Positions 37,521 through 49,087 of a stretch of DNA of 64,000 nt are shown here, one piece after another. The notes under the pieces are model-generated. The model searched no databases and was not told the DNA's origin. It was given only the letters and a program-made list of their open reading frames with translations. Source of the stretch: Azolla caroliniana (lineage: Eukaryota > Plantae > Polypodiophyta); the NCBI GenBank assembly GCA_043228905.1, contig JBHGNT010000004.1:8804001-8868000 (forward strand). Direction: 5' to 3'. Positions within the stretch are counted from its first letter, which is position 1, and every line of letters begins with the position of its first letter. Made by a program: the position numbers and the translations under genes.

Positions 37521-40186
37521 TAGCCGTTCACGCTTCCCGCATGAACCATTAATGGCCTGGATGTTTGGTTCCGCTCCGATGTCCGAGTCTGGGGATGGCC
37601 TAGTGTACGTAGGAGCGTCGTTGTGTGGTTCCATTACTGGCTCGGTACTGCTTCCCATGGTGTTGTTGGCTTTCGGTGTGGGAGGTCCAGGCTCTGTTGG
37701 CTCATCCCGTGCTATTGTGGCTGGCTCACCCATCTGCGGGCTCTCGGTAGGTTGAGGTTCCATCTCGTCCGTAACTTCCTCCGTGGTGTCGGCCGTAGTC
37801 GTACGTTCCGGTGAATGGGGTTGGGGTTCCTATTGGTTGGCGGTCTCACTTTCTGTTATCGCGGGGGGCTCCGCTTGCTGTTCCATGCTGTCCACCATAG
37901 TGGTTATTCCCGGTGACATGGGCTAAGGTTCCTCTCATTCGGCAATATCTTGTATTTGTACCACGATGGATTCCGCGTTTGGTCACGTGCTGCCAGCTTG
38001 CATGATTTGGTGAAACAAGTCCTCCTAACTTTCGTCAAAATCGTCTAGTAGCTGCACGAGTTCCTCGAAGTGTTGGTCCGCTAGCGTGCGATAATCCTGT
38101 GCTAGCTCCTCGCATATTGCCGCAATGCTTTCCTCATTGAGTTTGTAGAAATCTCAGCTGTCTTTTCTTCGGTTCTCCCAGTCCGCCCGGTACGTATGCA
38201 ACGCCACCGCATGTGCAGCCCACGCCATCCAACCTTTGTCTACTGCCGCTTGTAATTGCGCCGTAAACCTCTCCCGATTTGTTTGAAGAAGTATGCGCAC
38301 GTTGTCGGTTATTGCTTGCCAACGGTTGCGTGCTTCTTCTACGGTTTTCTTGAGTTTTTCGATCTCTTGTTTACTGACCGCCGCCGCTTCCTCATAATTG
38401 CTCCTCATTCCTACCCATAGCTGAGATTCCTGCCCATTTCATTGTTCAGGCGGATTTCGAGCTGATGCTTCCTCTCCTGTTCCCGTATCAATTGCTCGTC
38501 GAACAATGCTTACTTCTTTTCCAATAACACCTAGAGTCCTATGATTGACGTTTTTTATTTTTGCGCTTGCTCCCGTAGTTTGGTGTTTTCTTCTTTCATG
38601 CGGGTGTGTTGTGCTGCCTCTATTATGAGTTTCTCTTCAGGGGTTTTCACTGCCTTTCGGCCGTTGGCCCGAATGTCCTTTTCCTTGTCAGAGGATTAGC
38701 GAAGTTCAGAGCGGAGGCGGTCAATCTTTGATTCCGCCAGTTGCATGACCCTCTTTGCTTTCGAGGCAATGGCGGTCTGTGCTTCAATGTCTTCTCTCAG
38801 GGCCTGGGCGGTGTTGTTTGTTGGTTGAGCTGCCCGTTGCGCCGTAATCGCGTCACGTTTCAACTCCGCGATGCATTCGTTGGCCTTTTGTAGCTCAGCT
38901 TGGGTCTATTTGACCGTTTTCCAGACATTTTTATTTTTAATCGTCATATCCTTGGCGCCAATACTGACCTTAGCTAGTTCCCTATGAACCTCAACGAGGG
39001 CTGCGTTTAGTGGGGGTAGTTCCATCTCCATTCGGCGTATACCGGTGTTCCGCTGTCTACCGACTCTGGCTAGCTGCCCCTCATCATCGATTTCCGCCGT
39101 TTGTGTTAGCGCACGCTCTATCATTTGTCTCTCCGCATGCTCCTTGGCTATTCGTTGTGAGACTTTTATTTGTTGTGTTGCTAAAAATTCCATGAGTTCA
39201 AATGTAGTTCTGAACTGTAATAGTGCGCCGAACTCATGGGCCGTGTCCGGAATGTTCGGATACGCCAGGACCTCGCTTTTCGCCGTAAATACGCCTTTCC
39301 CCCGTTGTGACTGGGCTGAGATGATCGACCATGGTTCCCGGATTATTTCGAAGGTGGTGTTGGGCTCCATAGCTACGGAGTTGTCGACCATGGTGGTCGT
39401 CTCTGTGGCCGCGAGTGTGTCTTTAACTAACCTGCGCCCATCTTTCCTGTCCAGCCTCCACCATTTCGGCCTCGGGCTTCCCTGAGGTTGCTCGGCTTCC
39501 TGCTCGTGCGAAGCTTCCTCCTTGCGTTCCGCCCGTTCCTCCTGTGTTGTTTGTGTGCTGGGCTGGGCTGATTGGGGTTCATCCTCCCACTCTGTGGTGG
39601 CCAACTCCGCTAACCTTTGTTTCGCGGATCGTGGCGGCGGCATGGGTTTGCTGGGTTGTGGTGTGGGTAGACCTCGGGGTTGAAATAGTATCGTTAGATA
39701 CTATTGTATGATAGGGCTTAGCTTTTTTCTGCCTTGATACGCGTGTAGGCCTTCCCGTAACATTGGTCCCATAATGACCCCCCAATCAACCGTGTGCCCT
39801 TTGAAGGTATCAATGATGATACCTGCCTTCTGCTTCGGCATCCCATATGTATTTACATGCACGCATCCGACCTCCAATAGGAACTTGGATATTTCGCGAA
39901 AGAAGGGGTCGGGGATTTCCTTCGTCCGGTAGGCCTTGGCGGACGCCGAATATGGCCCGAAATATCTCTGCAAAGTTTCTGCAGGTGGGATTTCAAAATA
40001 TCTTTCTCCCAGCGATGACAGGTCAAGCGTCTTCCAGATGGATGTGTTGGTGACTGTGTCGATATTAAGCTTCCTAGCAATGTCCAGGGCTTCAAGGTGA
40101 GGGGGTGCCTCTACAACTTTGATGTATCCATCCAAGAGTTTCTCCACTAGCCATCGATGCAAGGCGACAGAAATAGGGATCGGCAT
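37482..40186 (-). pseudogene. decayed accessory ORF 3' of a gypsy integrase (globular N-term, coiled coil, P/E/T-rich tail)
   Basis: Collinear minus-strand ORFs 39701..40186, 38906..39643, 38154..38408, 37482..37763, starting about 400 bp after the integrase stop. Confidence 0.6.
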
Positions 40187-40620
40187 AGTAGGATGGTGAG
40201 ACTCGTGGCTAGTGGGTGAGGACTGCTAGCTATGGCGAACTTGAGCTCTCAGGGTGAGTGAGGGGAGTGATGAGGGTGATGAGAGTTAGAAGGTTGATTT
40301 CTGTATTGTGTAGAAAACCTTCTATTTTCTTCTTTTTGTGGCCTAGGGTTCATTGGTCGGTGAGCCATCGTGGTGTCGTGTGTTCTTGGTTTAGAAGTTT
40401 GTGCATCCCTTAAGTCCTTTTAATAGCGTCACTATCTTCTCTTTTTTTTTCTTTTTTTTTTTCTTTTGTAACTGTTACATACAATCTTATTTTTACACTA
40501 TAGTACAAGTAGGGCCCTATACTTACTCCGCGGATTCTCCGGTTTTGTCCTGTCCGGTGGGAAACGGGTTAGGTGGCGTAGGTCCCAGTTAAGGTTTAAG
40601 GCGAAACCCATTCACCTTTT

Positions 40621-43600
40621 TGTCGAATACGAGTGTATAATGACATATTCACACTGTCCCTTTGGACAACCCAAGTTTGGGCTATTTCTGTAAATAGCAT
40701 AAAGGGCAGTTGCCCTAGGACAGTCACTATATAAAGTGACTTTGTAACCTTTAGTGAGGGTTGGTTGTCATTTGTAACTGTTGCTATTGGAATATAACAT
40801 TTCCTTTGTGCTTCTCTCTCTCTCTCTCTCTCCCTCCCTCTGTGTCTATCTTACTCATGCATACACAGGTTCTTCTTCATCACCAATGTTGCTTGCACTT
40901 CCGCATTGACGGCCTTGTCCACAATATTTGGTATCAGAGCGTTGGAGGTTCTTCAACCTGCTGCCAGCCGTCATCGTACAACACAACATTCTGTTTTCAT
41001 TTTCTTTGAAGAATAGAGAAGAGAGAAGACAAACAAAAAGCTCGCATCTCACTGTGTTAAATCATAAACTGGAGTAAGCCAACCGGTTGTACCCTGTTCC
41101 TGTGATTGTAACTGCTTGAGGGGAGCTCCATGTGCAACACCCGACCCAATCGTGCTTCATTCGGTTAAACGGCATTCGAATAGGTCACCGGATGCTATTC
41201 ACCCGATTGTTGTAACCACCTGCTGTAGATTGGTCTCCTGGCAACAACCACTTCGTGCTTCACTCGACTGATCAACATTCGGGAGGATCAATTGGATCCA
41301 TCCCTCTCATCGTTGCAGTCATCTGAAGCAGAATCAGCCCAAACAATTGGTTTCGTGTAATCGGTATTCGACATACAATCGGAAGCTAACCGGGCTCACT
41401 CCAACTCGGCAACATTCGGGAAGACCAGCCGGTTTTGTTCCTCAAGTTACCGGAGTCACTCCGAGCAAGTTCAGAAACAAGTATCCGAAACCAAACCGAC
41501 TCGGGTTCAAAACCGACTAGAACGATATCGGGTGAGCCAACTGGCTGCACCCCACTAAGGTTCGTAGTCAACTCCGAACCGAGTCTTCCAAACCGAAACC
41601 GAATTAGATAGTATCAACATCCGACTCATCGGAGATGAGTCTAAGGAGGTTCGATGGTTCGAACTTCAACTTCTGGAAGGAACAAATGCATGACTATCTC
41701 ATAGTCAAGGGTCAGACAGACCCGATTGAGAATGAAAATCCTCCAGAAGCATACAAGGCAAACGAGTAGCTAAAGCTGGACAGAATTGTCTGAGCCACGA
41801 TTCGGATGCACTTGTCGGAGTCAGTGTACTTCACAGTGCAATCATGCAAGACAACGTTTGAACTTTAGAAAACATTGTCGGAAACTCATGAAAAGAAGGT
41901 CGCCGCAACGAAGATGTATCTAATCCTGCGCCTCTACAACTTGCGGATGAAAGAAACCGATTCGGTTTAGGCACACCTCAATGAGTACGAACGCATAAGC
42001 TCCCAAATCTCATCTCAGGGGGCGACAATCGAGGATGAACTCAGAGCAATGATACTCATGAGTAGTCTCCCCTCTTCATGGGAAACTTTCGTTACAACCG
42101 TGTGCAATGCTTTAACAACTATCGTTAAGTACTCCAAAGTCACGAGCGCAATCCTAACTAAAGCAGCTCGGAGAAAGTCTTTCGCCAAAGAATTGGCAGA
42201 TGAAGCTTACGTAGTACAATGTTCGACCGACCGATCGAACAACCGGGGAAGAAGTTCTTCCCGACCGCCGAACAATCAGCTAAGCCGGAGCAAGTCCCAG
42301 GACAACCGAATCTGCAACTACTACAAGAAACCGGGACACATCAAAGACGACTGCCGGGCACTCAAAGCAAAAACCGACAAAGCTCAGAGAGCGGATCAAA
42401 AGAGTAGCCGGCATGAGGAGGTCAACTACGTCGGCTCTTCAGCCAAAATTTTGACGAACGACCCGAACATATTGTCCATAGAGAACCCAGTCGAATCAGA
42501 AGTTCTGCTTATGACTAAGGAATCGAGCACATGGCTCTTGGACTCGGGCACATCGTATCATGTGACACCTCACCGATCTCAGTTTCGGCAAAACTCGAAC
42601 CGGCACTCCGACTCAGTTCGAGTTGGAAACTCCCAGCACTGTGCTATAATCGGAATCGGCACCGTAGAGCTCAACCTTCCGGGTGGCTCTACGCTCATAC
42701 TACACAACGTCTGACACATTCCTGAGCTCTCAAGACCCTTGATCTTAGTCGGACAGCTTGATGAAGCCGACATTCATGCCGGATTCTCATCAGGAGGGTG
42801 GACACTCCACAAAGGGAACCTCCTGCTTGCTCGAGGACAAAAGGTACATTCCTTGTATCCTTTATATGTCACACTCAAAGAGGGTGAGTTATTTTTGGTA
42901 GATATCCCCGTGTCATCGTTATGGCATGGACGACTTGGACACCTCAGCAAGGCCAGCATAACGCACCTATCCAAAGTCGGTTGCATCCCCAAACTCTCCT
43001 TCTCGGATCACCAATTCTGCGAACATTGCCAGTACGGCAAACAGGTAGCCGCATCACATCCGACATCAGCACCAAGAGAATCGAGTCCCCTCGATTTGGT
43101 CCACTCGGACGTCTGTGGCCCAATGCCACATCAGTCTCTCGGCGGTGCTTCGTACTTCGTCAGTTTTATTGACGACTCGACTCGGAAGGTGTGGGCATAC
43201 CCCATTAGAACCAAAGATCGGGTGTTCTGGATCTTCTCCGAATGGCTTGCAATGATCGAAAATCAGACCGGTCGGAAACTCAAATGTCTTTGAACTAACA
43301 ATGGAGGAGAATTCAAGTCTAAAGAATTCATCAAATTTTGCCGGGAACGCGGCATTCGACGTGAATATACAGCACCCTATAGTCCGGAGCGGAACGGAAT
43401 TGCTAAACACATGAATTAGACGATTCAAGAACACGTAGTATCCATGCTCCAACACTCCGAACTGTCGGATGGCTTCTGGGCGGAGGATCTACTTACGACA
43501 ATAAATATCATAAATATGTTGCCAAGTAGACCTCTAGGACTTCAAATACCTCAGGAAATATGGACTGGCAGTAAGCCGAATTATGACAAGCTGAGGATCT

Positions 43601-46129
43601 TCGGCTATGAGGCATACACCCTCATACCGAAAGACGATCGCCGGAAACTCGAACCAAGATCAAGGAAATGCATTTTCCTTGGGTATGGACCCAAAGGCGA
43701 GATCGGATACCAACTCTGGGACCCCGAGCATAGACAAATCATTCGAAGTTCGGACATCGTGTTCAACGAGTCGGTTTGGCATAAAACGGCCGAAAGGCCT
43801 CTTGAAGTCCGAAGGGTAATATTTTCCAAAGTGTGAACCCTTCATGATGGCCCAACCCACAACACGAGATTGGTTTCACGGGTAATCAACAACTGTCACA
43901 CCGAATCCACCGATTCAGCACAACCAAATGGCTTGGCTCCCGACCATCCGACATCGACACCTGGTGCAACCAGTCCACTCATACCTCGTAGATCCGAGAG
44001 ACTGTCAAAACCTCTAGAAAGGTACTCTCCCGGAATTTTCTTTACCGATGCCGGCGAACCGACGTCTTACGAAGAAGCATCGGCATCTGCCAATTCAACC
44101 ACCTGGCCTGTGGCGATGGAGTCGGAAATGCACTCCATTTGGGCAAACAAAACTTGGGACTTGGTCGAATTACCGAGGAATCGACATGCTCTTCCGTGTA
44201 AGTAGGTCTATCGACTAAATGAGACGTCTGACTCGACCAACCCAAAGTACAAGGCCAGATTAGTTGCGAAGGGATTTAGACAAGAATATGGCGTCGAATT
44301 CGACGAAATCTTTTCACCAGTGGTGAGAATGACGACCCTCCGTTTCATCCTCGGCGTCGTGGCCGCCGACAACTTGGAGCTGATTCAGCTAGATGTAAAA
44401 ATGGAATTCCTCCATGGTGACCTACAGGAGGAAATCCATATGGAGCAGCCGAAAGGCTTTGTGGCATCCGGCCAGGAACATCTAGTCTGCCGACTCAAGA
44501 AGAGTCTCTACGGCTTAAAATAGGCACCCCCACAGTGGTACAAGAAGTTCGACGACTTCATCCAATCAGTTGGCTTCTCAAAGAGCGATGAGGACCACTG
44601 TCTGTTCACCAAAACAACTCAAGACTGATCTCCCGTCTTCCTCATCATCTACGTGGACGACATGCTACTCTCTGGTCGGCATGCCGGAGAGCTCACCGAA
44701 CTCGTTCGGAAACTGCGGTTGAACTTTGCCATGAAGGACCTCGGTCCGGCAAGACACATACTTGGTATGAAGATTAGTCGGCATCGTGATAAACGACAAC
44801 TTTTCTTGTCTCAAACCGACTACATCGGACGTCTCTTGGAACGCTTCAACATGCACTCAGCCAAGTCTGCTTCGACCCCGCTCCCCATTAACCTTCGACT
44901 GTCTCAGCGAGACTGCCCGACATCCACTCTAGAGGGGGAAGATATGAAGTCGGTACCATATGCACCGACAGTTGGCTCCATTATGTACGCGATGGTCGCG
45001 ACACGACCTGATATTTCTCACGCCATAGGAGTGGTTAGCAGATTCATGCACAACCCCGGCCGATCGCATTGGAACGCAATCAAGCATGTGTTCAGATATC
45101 TAGCTGGCACAAAAGACCATGGCATTCTTTTCGGCCGAACTCAACCTCAGGCGTAATCGGTTACACCGACTCGGACTTCGCCGGATGTGTGGACAGTTGA
45201 AAATCAATAACCGGATATTGTTTCAAATTTGGCAATGGAGCAATCTACTCGAAGTCGAAACTTCAGGAGTGCACAACCACTTCAACGACTGAAGCGGAAT
45301 ATGTAGCTACGTCCGACGCGGCAAAAGAAGCTTTATGGCTCGGTCGGCTGGCGCACATGTTTCGACAGGTCGACTCCGACTCGGTTCCAGTTGTCTACAG
45401 CGACAGTTAGGGTGTTGTTGCTTTGTCAAAAAAATCGGTTCACCACAACGCCTCAAAGCACATCGACGTTCGATATCACTTCTTTCAGGACTGCGTTATT
45501 TCAGGGAAACTTGGTCTCGAGAATATATCCAGAACCGATAATGTCGTAGATGGAATGACCAAGTGTCTTTCGGCGGATCGTTTCCGGTCCCTTCGGCACC
45601 AGATGGCCGTAATGAAAAATCGGTCCGGTTAAAGTCGGACACATCATAGGACGGTTTCGGACCACCAACATCGGTTCTCTAAGGATCGGCTTTAGCTCTT
45701 CCGACCCGACCAATTCGGTCTTCTGTCTTCGGAGGTTGCCGACTCCGACAAACCGATCTTCCAATAAACCTTGTATATATACCTATATATCTTTAAGATA
45801 ACCCATGTATACGCCCATTATGGGGGAGTGTCGAATACGAGTGTATAATGGCCGTATTCACATTGTCGCTTTAGACTGCCCAAGTTCGGGCTATTTATGT
45901 AAATAGCATAAAGGGCAGTTGCCCTAGGACAGTCACTATATAAAGTGACTTTGTAACCTTTAGTGAGGGTTGGTTTTCATTTGTAACTGTTGTTATTGGA
46001 ATATAACGTTTCCTTTGTGCCTCTCTCTCTCTCTCTCTCCCTCTGTGTCTATCTTGCTCATGCATACACAGGTTCTTCTTCATCACGAATGTTGCTTGCA
46101 CTTCCGCATTGATGGCCTTGTCCACAACA
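40621..46129 (+). mobile_element. Full-length Ty1/copia element E
   Basis: LTRs 40621-40926 and 45829-46129, TSD CTTTT (40616-40620 / 46130-46134), PBS TGGTATCAGAGC at 40929-40940, PPT GGGGGAG at 45822-45828. Confidence 0.96.
41635..45632 (+). pseudogene. copia E gag-pol with multiple stops
   Basis: FDGSNFNFWK, WLLDSG, LWHGRLGH, VHSDVCGP, YVDD and SKHIDVRYH motifs. Confidence 0.92.
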
Positions 46130-47600
46130 CTTTTGTCGTAGGCAGTTCCCCGGCCAAGGTGCCAAGTTGAAATGTGCCCTGTTCCGCTCCCACTATCCAA
46201 TACGGGCCTGTCCAGCGGAATCTTAATTTTCGTGGCATTCACCCCATGCATGTTTGAAACACTAATATCGGTTTCCCAACCGTAAAATCCTTTTCACACA
46301 CGTGCCGATGTCGGTCCACGGATGCTTTGCGCCACCGTTGTTCCTGCTCCAATATGGCCATATTGCGTAACCTTGTTTCGCCTAGTTCTAGTAGTTGTTG
46401 TAGCCGTATTTGCTCGGATTTACCCTCTGGCATCCGGGCTCGTACTTGAATCCACAGATTGGGTACTTGGAATTCAACTAGCATCACTAGGAATAGCTTC
46501 TTCTAATGTTCTTGGTTCGCCTGCACAGGTGTTGACATAGTCGAGGCCCGGTTGGTACAACTCTGTTTGCCTTCGAGCTCGTCCAGATCTCCTGGGTGCC
46601 GAGATAAGAGGTTCAGAGTCCTCAATCGGCTCTGACGGCCGATCGGTATTTGTTGAACCGTTTGTGTCAGGACTCTTGTTAGATTACCCACCCCCAAGTC
46701 GAGATTTCAGTGGTGTCACATTGTCGTCCCCTATGGACTTTGTCGACTTGGTTCTGTTTCCAACTCGCATCTTGTTGACTTTGTCTTCTTCGACTCTTGT
46801 CGAATCGGCTCTGTCTTTGTCTTCGAGTTCAATTAGTGGATTTTCTACCAATTCGGAGTCGGTAGATATGTTGTCGGCCTGGTCGAGTTCGACTATTTGT
46901 CAAATCCATAAAGATAATTTTAACAACACACTATGATGATATTATACATTATATGTCGAGGCAAATAAAAAAACCATGAAATGTACCACATGTGCACCAT
47001 ATAGCACACATGCAAGAGTCTCTCGGCATGTGCACCATATAGCACACAATCAAGAGCCTCTTTACATGTGCACCACATGGCCCACATGTAGAACCATCTC
47101 TTCCGTGTAAAAGGAAAAGGGAGTATGGTCACAAGGGATATCGAAGGAATTGAAATCGAAGAACTATATTGGATGATATATCAAGAGAATCAAATAGAGT
47201 TATATTACATAAGAGATATCATAAGATAGAAACTGCAAAAAAAGAATAAATAACAAGAGAAGAGCTAGCTTGATGGTTGTGGTGCTCAACTTGCAATGAA
47301 AGGGCGGAGGTTCGATTCTTATCTTCATCGAAATATTGAAGTAAAGATGTGAGACAAAGATCGAAGGTTCAACGATGCTCATAATCATTTTGTAACTCTT
47401 TCATCAAATAATTATAAATTTCTTTTATTCCTTGAAATATCATTCTATATCCTATCTTGTCATATCTTGTGGATCTCTATTTACTCTATCTCTACTCTTT
47501 CGTCCCTTCCGTCCATAATCCCAGTGATTCCCCTCACTTTCACGATATCTTTTGTGTATGCAATGCTACGCTTCTGAGCGAGCCACGTCACGACACAATT

Positions 47601-47618
47601 TGGTGAACCCAACGTGAA
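47601..47618 (+). promoter_or_regulatory. PBS of G, tRNA-Trp (one mismatch to the D2 PBS)
   Basis: TGGTGAACCCAACGTGAA. Confidence 0.82.
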
Positions 47619-47967
47619 ACGAGGAAGTAGAAGAGACATCTCAAGTACAGATCCACATCACCATGGCAAGTACGAGTACAATGGAACCGGTAAGGTTATT
47701 TATTGAAAAATTGAATCAAGATCAATTATTTCATGCCTTACAAGAAGTCCAAGAGAAGATTGGTGTGTTTGATGGCACAAATATTTCAAAGTATGTCACT
47801 ATATATTATGATGAAATGGAAATGTCTTGTGTGAATGATGTCAATATGATAGCAAACTTTTATAAATTAGTGGAGATGGAATTAAGAGATAGAATTCGTT
47901 AAATACAAGCATTGCATAGTTTGGATTGGAATGCATTCAAAGAAGACTTGTGTTTGAATATTCCCGT

Positions 47968-49087
47968 TGTCGTGAAGATCCGTCACTACGCGCAGATCGT
48001 GAGGCAGAACCGTCGGGGTTCTGGACCAGAAGGATTCGACGTTGGCACAAGCTTTAGCGAGAAAGGAATTAAGATAGATTGAAAGAGAGAGAGATTGAGA
48101 AAAGATAGAACGCTTGATTTTAGATTAAGAGAGAGATTAAGAACTCTTGACTTTAGATTTTAGAAACAAGTTACACGATTAATTCAATAACGAATTTTCT
48201 TCTTCTTAATTTCATAACCAAAAGAGCCTAACCCTGCTTCTTTTTCATCCTCCTCTTTTATAGATGCTCTCATGCATATGATGCATGTGAGGGTACAAGA
48301 CATGCATAAAATGCATGTTTGCCATTTGGCACTCATGTATTACATGTGGTGCATGATAACCATGTCACTCATTTTAGCTCTCATGTATGAGAATTTACAT
48401 GTAAAAGTGCAATGATAGAAATAAAAATTCAACTAAATGTAATGGCTTAGTGGTAAGCCTACTAACTATTAACTAGGAGGTGCAAGGTTCGAATCCACAC
48501 TTGCACTCCTTGTGTAGTGTGTATACATATATTTATTAATTTATTTATATATCTAGCCAGTCGCCGGATGCCGGATGACGCCGGTTCGCCGGATCCCGGT
48601 TCCGTCGCCGGATGCCGGATGCCGGTTACCGTTCGGTCACCGGGTCCCAGTTCCGTTGTCGGATGCTGGTTATGTTGCCGGTCTAGTTTTGGTTGGGCGA
48701 AACCTTTGTAAGTAGCTAGGCCACACCCATTCATCCAATAGCTTAGTTCAATTCACCTTGAACTCTCTATGCTCCACACATAGACACAAAGATAATAACT
48801 TTTGCTCTACCATATATATGGTGAGATCCTTATTTCCTGTCTATGTGGGATATCTCACACTTTTATTTTTCTCTTCTTCCTTCTCATACTTCACTCCCAC
48901 ATAACTTGTCGCTTAGATGTCTGTTTCTTATGTAGTAAAGTGCATCTCTTCAAGATCTTCGTCTTTTGTACTAAGATATTAAACTTACTTAGAATCAGTA
49001 TATTCACTATTATTGTTTTATATGATTGACACTTGATTTCGTACGTCTTATGTAATTTTCACACCATAGCCGAAAATCTTCACGACA
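47968..49087 (-). repeat. gypsy solo LTR (1.1 kb) in the gag of G, carrying a tRNA-like cassette
   Basis: 12-bp terminal inverted repeat TGTCGTGAAGAT/ATCTTCACGACA, TSD CCGT/CCAT, subterminal GAACCGTCGGGGTTCTGGACCA resembling the D2 LTR, TATAAAAG on the minus strand near 48255-48262. Confidence 0.82.
48435..48506 (+). promoter_or_regulatory. tRNA-derived Pol III internal promoter (A and B boxes)
   Basis: A box TGGCTTAGTGG at 48443-48453, B box GGTTCGAATCC at 48486-48496, 32-nt spacing. Confidence 0.75.

Larger units (their letters stand above)
40589..46500 (-). pseudogene. gypsy integrase C-terminal remnant (40589-40620 and 46135-~46500), split by copia E
   Basis: RLQQLLELGE..FTVGK..KLRFRWTGPY..KVNGFRLKP* reads across the E insertion. 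Confidence 0.75.

Noticed and set aside
40616-40620. CTT target preference of the C/E copia family
   Set aside because: Only two sites (CTTCG/CTTCC and CTTTT), which is too few to support a preference.
48435-48510. Functional tRNA gene
   Set aside because: The boxes are good but I cannot form convincing acceptor and anticodon stems, and it lies within an LTR.
47968-49087. DNA transposon or MITE suggested by the 12-bp terminal inverted repeat
   Set aside because: TG..CA ends, the CACGACA terminus, the subterminal motif and the 4-bp TSD match the LTRs of the D2 gypsy lineage.
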